A stretch of DNA of 64,000 nucleotides from Candidatus Heimdallarchaeum aukensis (GCA_021513695.1 CP084166.1:1664001-1728000), one strand, 5' to 3'; counted from the stretch's first letter, positions 18,184-27,480 are shown. Notes: generated from the sequence alone by a model not told the origin. Made by a program: numbers and translations.

Positions 18184-18774
18184 TCACTTTTTAGTGAGAA
18201 CTTTTTCAAAATAGGATTCTACGAGATGAGGAGGAATGCCAATATCTTTCAACTGTTTTTTGATTTCAAGCACATTATGCTCTTCTTTTAATTCCTTGTA
18301 TTGGAAAGCTATAAATTCTCCATATTCCCAAGGATAAACTATCCATTTATCTGTTAAAGTAATGTAAAAATCTGGTACAATTACACTATGTTTTTTATAA
18401 TGTAGTGTCGCAGTTTTGATAGATTTTGGCTCTTTTGATTTTATGTGTTCCACTGCAGCCTGAAGACTTTTTCCTGAATCAGCTACGTCATCTACTATCA
18501 ATATTTTTTTATTTTTTACTTCAGCTGTTAGTTCTTGTGTTATAATTGGATTTTCTCTTACTTGTGAAGTATCTCGATAAAATTCTATTTTTATATTAGC
18601 GGTAAATTTATTTCCATAGAAATCAGAAAGCAATCGAGCTGGAATCCACCCACCACGAGCGATACCCACAATGATATCAGGAAATTCGTTAGCATTTATT
18701 AGTTTTTCAAACAAATAGTAACACATGTTGTATGCTTCATCCCAGCTTATTATTTCATACTGCAAAACTAGCAC
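18184..18774 (-). CDS. purine phosphoribosyltransferase (type I PRTase; hypoxanthine/guanine-xanthine PRT-like)
   Basis: PRPP-binding motif KKILIVDDVADSGKSL. Upstream loop IIVGIARGGWIPARLL is typical of archaeal HGPRT/Gpt-like enzymes. Confidence 0.7.
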   Translation of the reverse strand: MLVLQYEIISWDEAYNMCYYLFEKLINANEFPDIIVGIARGGWIPARLLSDFYGNKFTANIKIEFYRDTSQVRENPIITQELTAEVKNKKILIVDDVADSGKSLQAAVEHIKSKEPKSIKTATLHYKKHSVIVPDFYITLTDKWIVYPWEYGEFIAFQYKELKEEHNVLEIKKQLKDIGIPPHLVESYFEKVLTKK

Positions 18775-18831
18775 CTCAAGGATATATATCTGTTAAAGCT
18801 AATTTTTAAAAATATTGTTAAAGCTGCTACA

Positions 18832-19593
18832 GGTAGTGTCTAGTTTTCTTCCGACAAAATATTTGTGGGGACTCTAATAGTAAGATATGAAAACACAAAA
18901 ACTATCTACTCTTTTTAAGAGATGCAGAGTCCCCAAAAAAATAATAATAAAAGCGATTTATGAATATATTGGTTCAAAGAATGGTTTGAGGACAGTAGCA
19001 TGGAAGAATGGTTTAACGCATCAAACATTATGGTATTGGGTAAAGAAGTTCAGGCTCTTTAGGGAAAGTTTACATAGAGTTGTAGCAGAGAGAGGGGGAA
19101 TGCCAGAGATTATAGTAGTAGATGAAACAGAGATTAAGACCTCTCAAGGCTCAATGTATATGTGGTTCGCGTTAGATCCTTACAACAAGACTTTACTGGG
19201 TTTTAGTATTACTAAAGGACGGAGTAATCTTGAATGTTTACTAACTTTCCGTTATTGGCTCAAATGTTGGGGTTTTAAGCCCCGTATTGTCGTTACAGAT
19301 GCAGGAGTATGGTATCCTGTCTTACTTCGTCTCGGTATCAAAATCTCCGTTATCAAAGGTGGTTTACGCTCCTATATTGAACGTTTTAATGCTACTCTTA
19401 AGAGTTATCGTTGGTTTCATTCTATTCTCCACTGCACTTGTCCTATCCGTGCCGTCTATGGCTCTACTCATCTTTCTGGTTTTCTTACTCTCTTTATGCT
19501 CCATTATAATTTCGTTCGTCCTCATCAGAGCTTGGGACATCCTCCCCTTAGTTCCTTTTTACCTAGGAGGTGGTATAAAAACTAGACACTACC
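18832..19593 (+). mobile_element. compact insertion sequence (762 bp) with perfect 16-bp terminal inverted repeats and a 9-bp target-site duplication
   Basis: Left inverted repeat GGTAGTGTCTAGTTTT (18832..18847). Right inverted repeat AAAACTAGACACTACC (19578..19593) is the exact reverse complement. Both are flanked by the direct repeat GCTGCTACA (18823..18831 and 19594..19602). It encodes a single DDE transposase. Confidence 0.75.
18887..19585 (+). CDS. DDE transposase (rve/integrase-core type) with N-terminal HTH
   Basis: N-terminal HTH (GLTHQTLWYWVKKF). Catalytic D in VVDETEIK, D in VVTDAGVWY, E in ERFNATLK, plus the YNFVRPHQSLG motif typical of rve-core transposases (IS481/IS3-like). Confidence 0.7.
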   Translation: MKTQKLSTLFKRCRVPKKIIIKAIYEYIGSKNGLRTVAWKNGLTHQTLWYWVKKFRLFRESLHRVVAERGGMPEIIVVDETEIKTSQGSMYMWFALDPYNKTLLGFSITKGRSNLECLLTFRYWLKCWGFKPRIVVTDAGVWYPVLLRLGIKISVIKGGLRSYIERFNATLKSYRWFHSILHCTCPIRAVYGSTHLSGFLTLFMLHYNFVRPHQSLGHPPLSSFLPRRWYKN

Positions 19594-19661
19594 GCTGCTA
19601 CAACCCCTTAATATTATAAAAGTATCTTAGAAAAGTATTTAATACGTGAATCTTATCTTTA

Positions 19662-21947
19662 TTGAATAAACTTTTAGGTGATGATTTGTCATTCATAGAA
19701 CATTTGAATTTAACAGAAGATGAAAAAAAGATATATGCGTTTTTACTTAACTTTGGAAATTTGACAGCGATAGAACTAGCTAATTTTGCAGGAAAGAATT
19801 TTCAGACTGTAATAAATGCTTTAAACTCTTTAATTGAAAAAGGAGCAGTTGGTGAAACTAAAGGATATATCAAGAAGTATTTTGCTAGAATCCCATTATC
19901 ATATCTTGGAGAAAAGAGCTCAAATATTTCCAATCAAATCAACGAAAATCTTACTAAGGCCACTTCTTCTCTAACAAATGAAAAAGAAAAGCTCACAGAA
20001 CTTGCAACCAAAACAAAAACTGTGATTTCAGAAGAAATTGAGCGCAAGAAAAAAAGTTTAGATTCACAGATGAATACAAAAAAAGATGAAATACATTCCA
20101 ATATATCAGAAATTAAAGAAGAGGATTCAAACAAAATTGCAGAAATCCGATCTCAAATGGGAGAGGATATCAATTCTTTAAAGGATGAAATTACTTCAGA
20201 ACTTAGAGATAGTACGGGAAAAGCTTTAGAATCAATTTCTACTTCAAAAAAATCAATAGCGGATTCAAAAACAGAACTCATAACAAACTTAGAAAATAAT
20301 TCAGCAAAAATTATTGAGGAAACTGCAACTTCAGTCAAGACAAAAAGTGATGATATAAATAATGCAGTATCTAATCTTCAACCAAAATTAGAAGAATTGA
20401 AAGCTACCTATGTAAAAGAATTTGATGAAATTAGCAATATCACAAAAACAAACTTTGATCTAGCTAGATTAGATCTAAAGGAATTTAATGATAAACAAGC
20501 AACAAAAACTATTGATTATTCTCAAAACATAACAACAGAATTAGGTAAAACTCTAGACAATGCAACAGTGACAGTAAAAAGCCATTTAGATACGCTCAAT
20601 AATAACTTGGAAAATTTGTTAAATACCAAGACTGAGGAAATGGTACTGAAAATTAAAGAAACCTTAGCATCCTTGAGCAATGAAATCGAAGCAATAAAAG
20701 GTGATCTTGTAGCAGAGATGGTACAACAAAAAAGTGCTGTTTTAGCATCTACATTACTGAAAATAAAAGATGAGCTAGCCATCAAATTCACAGAGTTCTC
20801 AAACGAAGAACAACGAAGGAAACAGGAATTTATGAGTGAGAAAGATATTTTTTCACAAAAATTAGATGCCTATTATAATGAGACTATAGATGAATTTACC
20901 AAGAAAATTGAAGAAATAAAAACTAACGCTGAACAGAAAGTCAGCAGCATTAATTCAAAAGCTTTGGCTGAATTTACTTCACTCTCTGAACAGATAGTGT
21001 CGATCTTGTCTGAACACCAAGAAACTTTTAGTAAGAAAATAAACGACATTAAAAGCACAATTAGTGAAGAATTAGAAAAAAATGCTAATGTAAACAATGA
21101 AACGTTATCTAACATTGAGAATATGCTTAAAGCCATTATTGAAACCAACTCAACAAAAATAGAAGACTTATACGAAAAAACAAAAACAACTATAGAAACA
21201 CAAACAAAGATAATTCAGGAAGCAATTTTAAGCACAGTTGACAAAATAGTCAATGACACATTGGAAACAGCAAAAGCATTAGTTTCCATTTCAAAAGGCG
21301 AGATCGATAAAACAAAGAATTTCATCGAAGAGATGATAGAAAAGGAAATAGAAAACAGTTTTGGAATAATGGAAGAGACACATTCAAATCTCGAAAATCT
21401 AGCTAAAGAACTGATGAGTGTTTCTGTGAAGCTTGGTGAAGATTTTCAAACTTTAGAAGCAAAAACAACAGCAGTTAAAGAACCGGAAATAAATACAACT
21501 GCGATTATAGGTGTTGATGCAGTTGAAGAACACATAAAAGAGATATTGAAAAATGTACAAAGAAAGGGGACATTATTTGTACCAACAAAAAGGTCTGTTC
21601 CAGTAGAAGTCTTAAAAGCATTAAAAGGAACTGTGCAAATTACAGTAGTTACTAAAATTGACGAGGAGATGGACAAAGAGTGGATAAATGATTTGCTGAA
21701 TAATACACAAGCAAACATCATGATCAGAACAATACGAGAAGGAGGATTAGGTGGAGGAATGGGAACAGATATGCCTGTAATCTATGCTGTAGAGAGAGAC
21801 AGTTCTGAGGTGCTAGTAGCAATTGAAGATGAAACTACTAAAGAAGTAGTTGGGATACTATCAAACTCTACCGAATTTGCAAAAGTCCTATCATACACCA
21901 TACTTAGCAATTACTTAAGCGGAGCAGCTTCCAGACAAATAAGGTAA
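19662..21947 (+). CDS. TrmB-like winged-helix N-terminal domain fused to a coiled-coil region of about 600 aa and a C-terminal globular domain
   Basis: N-terminus LTEDEKKIYAFLLNFGNLTAIELANFAGKNFQTVINALNSLIEKGAV is a TrmB/MarR-type wHTH. Residues about 90-650 are E/K/T/S/N-rich heptad-like sequence. The C-terminal 130 aa are non-repetitive. TTG start. Confidence 0.5.
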   Translation: MNKLLGDDLSFIEHLNLTEDEKKIYAFLLNFGNLTAIELANFAGKNFQTVINALNSLIEKGAVGETKGYIKKYFARIPLSYLGEKSSNISNQINENLTKATSSLTNEKEKLTELATKTKTVISEEIERKKKSLDSQMNTKKDEIHSNISEIKEEDSNKIAEIRSQMGEDINSLKDEITSELRDSTGKALESISTSKKSIADSKTELITNLENNSAKIIEETATSVKTKSDDINNAVSNLQPKLEELKATYVKEFDEISNITKTNFDLARLDLKEFNDKQATKTIDYSQNITTELGKTLDNATVTVKSHLDTLNNNLENLLNTKTEEMVLKIKETLASLSNEIEAIKGDLVAEMVQQKSAVLASTLLKIKDELAIKFTEFSNEEQRRKQEFMSEKDIFSQKLDAYYNETIDEFTKKIEEIKTNAEQKVSSINSKALAEFTSLSEQIVSILSEHQETFSKKINDIKSTISEELEKNANVNNETLSNIENMLKAIIETNSTKIEDLYEKTKTTIETQTKIIQEAILSTVDKIVNDTLETAKALVSISKGEIDKTKNFIEEMIEKEIENSFGIMEETHSNLENLAKELMSVSVKLGEDFQTLEAKTTAVKEPEINTTAIIGVDAVEEHIKEILKNVQRKGTLFVPTKRSVPVEVLKALKGTVQITVVTKIDEEMDKEWINDLLNNTQANIMIRTIREGGLGGGMGTDMPVIYAVERDSSEVLVAIEDETTKEVVGILSNSTEFAKVLSYTILSNYLSGAASRQIR

Positions 21948-22076
21948 AAAACCCTTTTTTTTATTCTTTTTTCGCAAAAAATGCTAATTTCAAGGTATGA
22001 ATCACAGTTAGGTTTTTAGCGTAAAGATTATAAGCGAAAACAATTTTCCCTAGTTAACAACAAAGGTGAATAAAAA

Positions 22077-22253
22077 ATGCCAACAGTAGTAGATGAATCA
22101 TGTTGTGTAGGCTGTGGAGCTTGTGTAGATGTCTGCCCAGAGAACGTTTACGACCTTATAAATGACATTGCTGTTCCTGTTCGTAAAGAAGATTGCACAG
22201 ACTGCGGCCTATGTATTGACGAATGTCCTTCAGAATGTATTGATTTTGAATAA
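22077..22253 (+). CDS. 2x[4Fe-4S] ferredoxin (58 aa; below the ORF-track size cutoff)
   Basis: Translation is MPTVVDESCCVGCGACVDVCPENVYDLINDIAVPVRKEDCTDCGLCIDECPSECIDFE, with two CxxCxxCxxxCP clusters. GGTGA lies upstream. Confidence 0.65.
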   Translation: MPTVVDESCCVGCGACVDVCPENVYDLINDIAVPVRKEDCTDCGLCIDECPSECIDFE

Positions 22254-22336
22254 AGCAATATCTTTGCTTTTTCTTTTTGTTTTTAAATGCTATTTTCTAA
22301 ATTTTTAATTCGCACAGAAAAAAGAGATATTAAGTT

Positions 22337-22846
22337 TTAACCAAATTTTTTGTCACATCTCCCTCTATATTTACAATCCAAGCAAAATTCTCTTTCCCAA
22401 ATTCTTTGAAAAAAGTCTACTAACTTCCATATTTCCAAATAGTCCTCAATAATCACACCAATTTCCCAATTTCTTGCTGTGTCCTCAACTTTTCCCATTC
22501 CTGTTCCAGTCAAGTTTCCAGAGCCTACATATGCTTTTTTCCCATCAACAATAAACACCTTTCCATGGCTTCTTGGACAATGAAAAATTAGGGAGGGATC
22601 ATACTGTTCTATTTTCTTAACTAAAGTTGATTGTGTTGAATCCTTTCCGCTAATAATTCTTAAATCAATATCCTTACTCAATGCGATCAAAACTTCAGAG
22701 ATACGATATGTTTTTTTTGAAATAATTTGTACTCTAAAATCACTGGATACCCCTGTCATTATCCACAGACTTTCTTTTGCTTTAAACGCTACTTTACGTA
22801 AAAACTCGTCATAAATTTCTTTATTTACTATTACAGAGTTAGACAT
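22337..22846 (-). CDS. PLD-superfamily (single HKD motif) Nuc-like endonuclease / phosphodiesterase
   Basis: HGKVFIVDGKKAYVGSGNLT matches HxK(x4)D(x6)GSxN. The 169-aa single-HKD size fits Nuc/BfiI-type nucleases that dimerise. The C-terminal CLDCKYRGRCDKK may bind metal. Confidence 0.55.
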   Translation of the reverse strand: MSNSVIVNKEIYDEFLRKVAFKAKESLWIMTGVSSDFRVQIISKKTYRISEVLIALSKDIDLRIISGKDSTQSTLVKKIEQYDPSLIFHCPRSHGKVFIVDGKKAYVGSGNLTGTGMGKVEDTARNWEIGVIIEDYLEIWKLVDFFQRIWEREFCLDCKYRGRCDKKFG

Positions 22847-22947
22847 TAATTACCTCATTGGCTTTAGTTTTTTAAACTCTGCTAAAAAAAGTCTAGTTAT
22901 TAAATGTTTTATTAAACCTTAAATACTGAAACCACAGTTGTTGAATA

Positions 22948-25938
22948 ATGGAAAATATCGAAGCTGTGTGTATCAAAATTCTCTCTCAAAAGGGAGGAGA
23001 AAATCCCCTCACTTCATTATTAGTTGAAATAAACAAAATTCAATATGTTCTTAATCTTTGGACTCCTTGGAATGAAATTGGTGATTACATTCAACCTTAT
23101 ACCAAGATACGTGCTTTTAACGTTGACAAGATAAAAAATAGTGACTCGATCTACTATTCTGCCGGAAAAAAGGCCATAGTTGTCGTAGATCCAGATATTC
23201 TAATTAATGCGTCTACAATTGGAAATATTTCCTATTGCCCAAGAAGTTATTACATCAGTGAAAAAATGGGAGATACTCTTTCTCCTTTATCTGCAATTAA
23301 AGGAACAATTGTTCATGTAGCTTTGAGTACAGCTATCGCTTCTGGAAACTCTCCCACGGAAGTATTATCTGATGTTATTGATTACTATTCAATCCAATTC
23401 GAGCAACTAGGTTACTCTCGAGAAAATATTGAAACAGAAGTCTACAAAATGGTTGAAGCACTAGATCAATTTATTAAAACTCTTCCCACAGAAACAATTC
23501 CCGAGTCACTCTTTTTCTCACCTTACTTAGGAATCAGAGGAAGAATTGATGTACTTGCAGAGCGTATTTACGAACTTAAAACAGCTAAACTTGGTACAGA
23601 TGATGATGCACGATTTTCAGATATGATGCAAGTAACTCTTTATTCTTTTGGTTTAACAGATATGAAGGAAAGTATAGCACAAACAGATGGAACTGTTTTA
23701 TATGTAGGTTCAGAAACTCTTCAACCAAAAGAAGTAAACATTAGTTGGGGAATCTTAAGATATGCTATTCAAATGCGTAATATTGCCTATAGAATCTCTT
23801 TTTTAGATTATATTCCTCCTATTCTTGGCGAAAACCAATCCAGAAAATGCAGTAAATGTTCAGTTCAAGTTATGTGTAGCCTTTTTTGCGCAGGGTTAAA
23901 TCAATTTAGGAATTGTGAAATATGTAATCATTCTCATTTTTGCAGTAAAACAGTTTTATCTGAAAAAGAGCAAGAATATTTCAATAAATATAGTTACTTG
24001 TTGTCTCAGGAAAGGCTAGAAACAAACCGCAATTTAGCTGATTTGTGGAATCTTTCTCTAGAAGAGAGAGTAGAAAAAGGAAAAACTATAGTTAACTTAG
24101 TATTAAAAAATGAAATTTTAGAAAATGGAATAAGGACATTAGTTTTTTCTTGTAACAATCAGTCAGAGATAAGAGAAGGAGATGTTATCATCTTAAGTGA
24201 CGGGGAAGTAATTTCCAATCCAATTAGTACAGGAACTGTGACTAACATTACATCAACATCTATAGAAATAGAAACAAAAGCTCATCCTGAAAAAGTTTCT
24301 GTAATTGATTTGTATTCTATTGATGTGGGATTTAATCGTCAACAAAGAGGATTATTCAACTTTATTTTTAAATCTAATAATTTTAAAGATATAATCTTGG
24401 GGCATAAACCTCCTGTTATAAAAAAAGTCAAAGGAAATTTTGTACCTAACAATTCTTCTCAAAATGAAGCTATCCAAAAGATTCTTGGTACTGAAAATTA
24501 CTTATTGATTCAAGGCCCTGCAGGAACAGGAAAAACACATGTAATTGCCAAATCTGCAATTTTACTCGCTGATAAAAAAGAGAAGGTGCTTTTAACAGCT
24601 TATACAAATCGAGCTGTTGACAACATGTGTAAATATCTATTAGAAAATGGTTATCAAAATTTTGTTAGGTTAGGCTCTACGCATGCCACACAGAGAAAAA
24701 TAAGAAAATACACTTTGTTTTCAATATTGAAGAAAAATAAAAATAAAAAAGTACTCGATCTTCTTGACGAATATCAAATAATTGTTGCCACAACATCCAC
24801 TATTTCTTCACCAGTTTATTCTAATCTTGGAATACAAACAGTAATCGTTGATGAAGCAAGCCAGATGACTGAAACAACTCTGCTTTCTGCTTTAATAGAA
24901 GGTAAGAAATTTATTCTTGTTGGAGACCACAAGCAATTGCCCCCTGTTATTCAAAGTGTGCTGTGTAAAAACGAGGGGTTTGATATTTCATTATTTGAGA
25001 AATTGGCCAAATCTAATCCCCAATTTGTTCATTTACTAACAATCCAATTTAGAATGAATGAGAAAATAATGGAATTTTCAAACAAAAAGTTTTATGAGAA
25101 CAAACTAGAATGTTTTGATAACCTAATTGCACTCCAAAACTTATATGACTTAGGAAATTTCGCAGGAGATTTTCAGCAATTTGAAAATAAGGCTATCTAT
25201 GACCCAAAAATGCCTTTAGTATACGTTCAAGTAAATGGAAAATTCAATCCTGAAAAAAAACTGAATGCTATGGAAGCTGAAATTGTTGCTACAATAGCTA
25301 AAAACTTTTTGAGATTAGGAATAAGCACTGAACAAATTGGAGTTATTGCACCTTATCGAGGGCAAGTAGGTGAAATAAGAAGATATATACCAGGTGTTTC
25401 GGTCGATACTGTAGATAGGTTTCAAGGTTCTGACCGAGAGATTATAATTCTCTCATTAACAGAAACAAATATTCACGGTTTTAAGGGATTTTCAGATGAA
25501 AGAAGACTCAATGTTGCTATTACGCGGGCTAAAAAGAAACTGGTAGTAGTTGGAAACCCAAATCTTACTGAGGGAGAGTTAGGAGAGTACATTAGTTATC
25601 TAAGAGATAATGTAGAAAATGTTCAAGTTAAAGAGATAGAAGAAAGAGAGGAATTGATAGAAAAACAAATAAGAACGGTCATAGTTGCTGATTCCATATC
25701 AAAAGTTGCTTCATTTTTCAAAAAAGTTAAGGCAAAAGGAAAAGAATTATACAAATCAAAAGAAGAAATAAACAAATGTCCAATTTGTTTCCAACAAGTT
25801 TATGAGAATGCTATTCAATGTCCAATTTGTGAAAAACTTTATCATTACACTCACTTAATCCAATGGATTAAAGAAAAAGGAAGATGCCCTTACTGCAAAA
25901 CATCTTTATCTATATATTCTGTCTATGCAGAAGAGTAA
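22948..25938 (+). CDS. Cas4/Dna2-like PD-(D/E)xK nuclease (Fe-S cluster) fused to an SF1B Upf1/Dna2-like helicase, with a C-terminal RING/PHD-like zinc finger
   Basis: N-terminal nuclease carries RecB motifs: GRIDVL (motif II), YELKTAK (E-x-K) and QVTLY (QxxxY). A Cas4/Dna2-type 4-Cys set is present: YCPRSY plus CSKCSVQVMCSLFC. Helicase motifs include Walker A GPAGTGKTHV, motif II VIVDEASQ, VGDHKQLPP, DRFQGSDREIIILS and motif VI NVAITRAKKKLVVVG. The C-terminus reads CPIC-x10-CPIC-x4-H-x2-H-x12-CPYC. Confidence 0.7.
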   Translation: MENIEAVCIKILSQKGGENPLTSLLVEINKIQYVLNLWTPWNEIGDYIQPYTKIRAFNVDKIKNSDSIYYSAGKKAIVVVDPDILINASTIGNISYCPRSYYISEKMGDTLSPLSAIKGTIVHVALSTAIASGNSPTEVLSDVIDYYSIQFEQLGYSRENIETEVYKMVEALDQFIKTLPTETIPESLFFSPYLGIRGRIDVLAERIYELKTAKLGTDDDARFSDMMQVTLYSFGLTDMKESIAQTDGTVLYVGSETLQPKEVNISWGILRYAIQMRNIAYRISFLDYIPPILGENQSRKCSKCSVQVMCSLFCAGLNQFRNCEICNHSHFCSKTVLSEKEQEYFNKYSYLLSQERLETNRNLADLWNLSLEERVEKGKTIVNLVLKNEILENGIRTLVFSCNNQSEIREGDVIILSDGEVISNPISTGTVTNITSTSIEIETKAHPEKVSVIDLYSIDVGFNRQQRGLFNFIFKSNNFKDIILGHKPPVIKKVKGNFVPNNSSQNEAIQKILGTENYLLIQGPAGTGKTHVIAKSAILLADKKEKVLLTAYTNRAVDNMCKYLLENGYQNFVRLGSTHATQRKIRKYTLFSILKKNKNKKVLDLLDEYQIIVATTSTISSPVYSNLGIQTVIVDEASQMTETTLLSALIEGKKFILVGDHKQLPPVIQSVLCKNEGFDISLFEKLAKSNPQFVHLLTIQFRMNEKIMEFSNKKFYENKLECFDNLIALQNLYDLGNFAGDFQQFENKAIYDPKMPLVYVQVNGKFNPEKKLNAMEAEIVATIAKNFLRLGISTEQIGVIAPYRGQVGEIRRYIPGVSVDTVDRFQGSDREIIILSLTETNIHGFKGFSDERRLNVAITRAKKKLVVVGNPNLTEGELGEYISYLRDNVENVQVKEIEEREELIEKQIRTVIVADSISKVASFFKKVKAKGKELYKSKEEINKCPICFQQVYENAIQCPICEKLYHYTHLIQWIKEKGRCPYCKTSLSIYSVYAEE

Positions 25939-25953
25939 GGCGAAAAAATATAA

Positions 25954-27480
25954 CTAATTAAAAAACTCATCTAGCGATGGTTGTTGCTTTTTATTCTTTT
26001 TTTGTTTCTTCTGCATCTCTTTCACTTTGGATTCCTTACTTTTTTGAGCTGTGGATTCAGTGTTTTTTTCTTTTTTCTTTTTCTTACTTTTTTTAACATT
26101 CAGTTCTTCAGTTTCTTCATCTCGCTTTTCTTCTTCAAAGTGTGAAATTAAAGGTGTTACTTTTGAAGGAGGAGACGAGAGAGTTACTTCTTTTGCAAAA
26201 TCAACATACAATTCATCCATATATTCCAGAATTAACTTTGTTTGTTTAGCATTTTTTTCAGTTAAATAATCGATCTCATCTGCTTCAAGATTCAACCAAG
26301 TAGCTATTCCTGCAGCCATTTTTGCATCATTTTTAAAAATGGATCTCATGTATGGATAAATGTCTTGTTTAAATTGAGAAGAAGAGCAGTGAAATTTTGA
26401 TTTGCTTTTTTTAATGATTGACGTGAGCTTAGCTTCTTTCATTCTTAATCTGCCAATTTTCGCCCAGTAGGAGGGAAAAGTATATCTGACTTGCTTATAG
26501 GGCGAAGTTTTCATTAATCCTACACTAGAAATAAATACAAAAAAATATTTCAGAAAAATCCAATTTTGAGTTAAATATGCTTGAGATAAATAGAAGTCTG
26601 CTTCCGCTATAAGTGAATACATATTATCTAATTCTTTTGGACTTTTAGCTTGCTTATAGCTGTGCTCGTCTACGTAATTTAACAACTCTCTGTAATCTAC
26701 ATCTAAGCCCTCAATAGCTTTTCTTGCTGATTCTAAGCTTTTTGCGTAATAAATTTTTGATAATGCTTGATTTAGTTTTTGTTCTTGATTTCTTTGGGAA
26801 AATTCAAATTTTACATCAACCGATAATGAATCTTTAAGAGCAATACTTTCTAAATCATTCAAAGCTGAACGTGCATCACCTGAGCTGTTTTTTGCGATGT
26901 CCAATAAAACTTCATCATCAATTGTAAGATTCTCTTTTTTAACAATACGCCTTAGTAACTCAATTATTTCATCAATTGTTAAATGATGAAATTCAACAAT
27001 TTTCATGTGCCTTTTTACAGAACTTAACGATTTAGCTTCAACATCATTAGCTGTGGCAATGATGGGAATTTGAGTTCCCTTAATTGCTTTTTCTAAAGCT
27101 TTTCCTCCTCCTCTATCTTGATTTCCAAATAATCCATCAGCTTCATCAACAATGATCATTTTTCTAACTGTTCCACCTTGCAAAACTGTTCCTTCAGTGG
27201 AAGCCTTACCAACAAGTAATTCAACAGCTTTTTTATTTCTTTTATCACTTGCATTGACTTCAATATACTCATAATTATATTTTCTAGCTAAATATAAGGC
27301 TACGCTTGTTTTTCCTACTCCAGCAGGACCAACTAATAAAATAACTTTTTTCTTTTCTTGATTCCAATTTCGTAGCCATCTTTCAATTTCTTTTACTACA
27401 AGCTTATTTCCAACAAAATCATCAAGTACTTTGGGTCTATATTTCTCCACAAATGGTAAATTAAGAGATTCGGAACTCAT
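25954..27480 (-). CDS. rfcL: replication factor C large subunit
   Basis: EKYRPKVLDDFVGN, Walker A GPAGVGKTS and Walker B IIVDEADG are present. There is a long Lys-rich C-terminal tail ending in the PIP-box QPSLDEFF. Start taken at MSSESLN (27480) rather than the upstream track start. Confidence 0.8.
   Translation of the reverse strand: MSSESLNLPFVEKYRPKVLDDFVGNKLVVKEIERWLRNWNQEKKKVILLVGPAGVGKTSVALYLARKYNYEYIEVNASDKRNKKAVELLVGKASTEGTVLQGGTVRKMIIVDEADGLFGNQDRGGGKALEKAIKGTQIPIIATANDVEAKSLSSVKRHMKIVEFHHLTIDEIIELLRRIVKKENLTIDDEVLLDIAKNSSGDARSALNDLESIALKDSLSVDVKFEFSQRNQEQKLNQALSKIYYAKSLESARKAIEGLDVDYRELLNYVDEHSYKQAKSPKELDNMYSLIAEADFYLSQAYLTQNWIFLKYFFVFISSVGLMKTSPYKQVRYTFPSYWAKIGRLRMKEAKLTSIIKKSKSKFHCSSSQFKQDIYPYMRSIFKNDAKMAAGIATWLNLEADEIDYLTEKNAKQTKLILEYMDELYVDFAKEVTLSSPPSKVTPLISHFEEEKRDEETEELNVKKSKKKKKEKNTESTAQKSKESKVKEMQKKQKKNKKQQPSLDEFFN

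Noticed and set aside
19287-19619. 110-aa hydrophobic ORF overlapping the transposase in another frame and running past the IS right end
   Set aside because: It overlaps the DDE transposase and crosses the inverted repeat, so it is unlikely to be an independent gene.
19934-21721. Six short minus-strand ORFs (61-91 aa) inside the coiled-coil gene
   Set aside because: They are antisense to the low-complexity E/K-rich coding sequence, S/F/L-rich with no motifs. This is a typical shadow of AT-rich heptad repeats.
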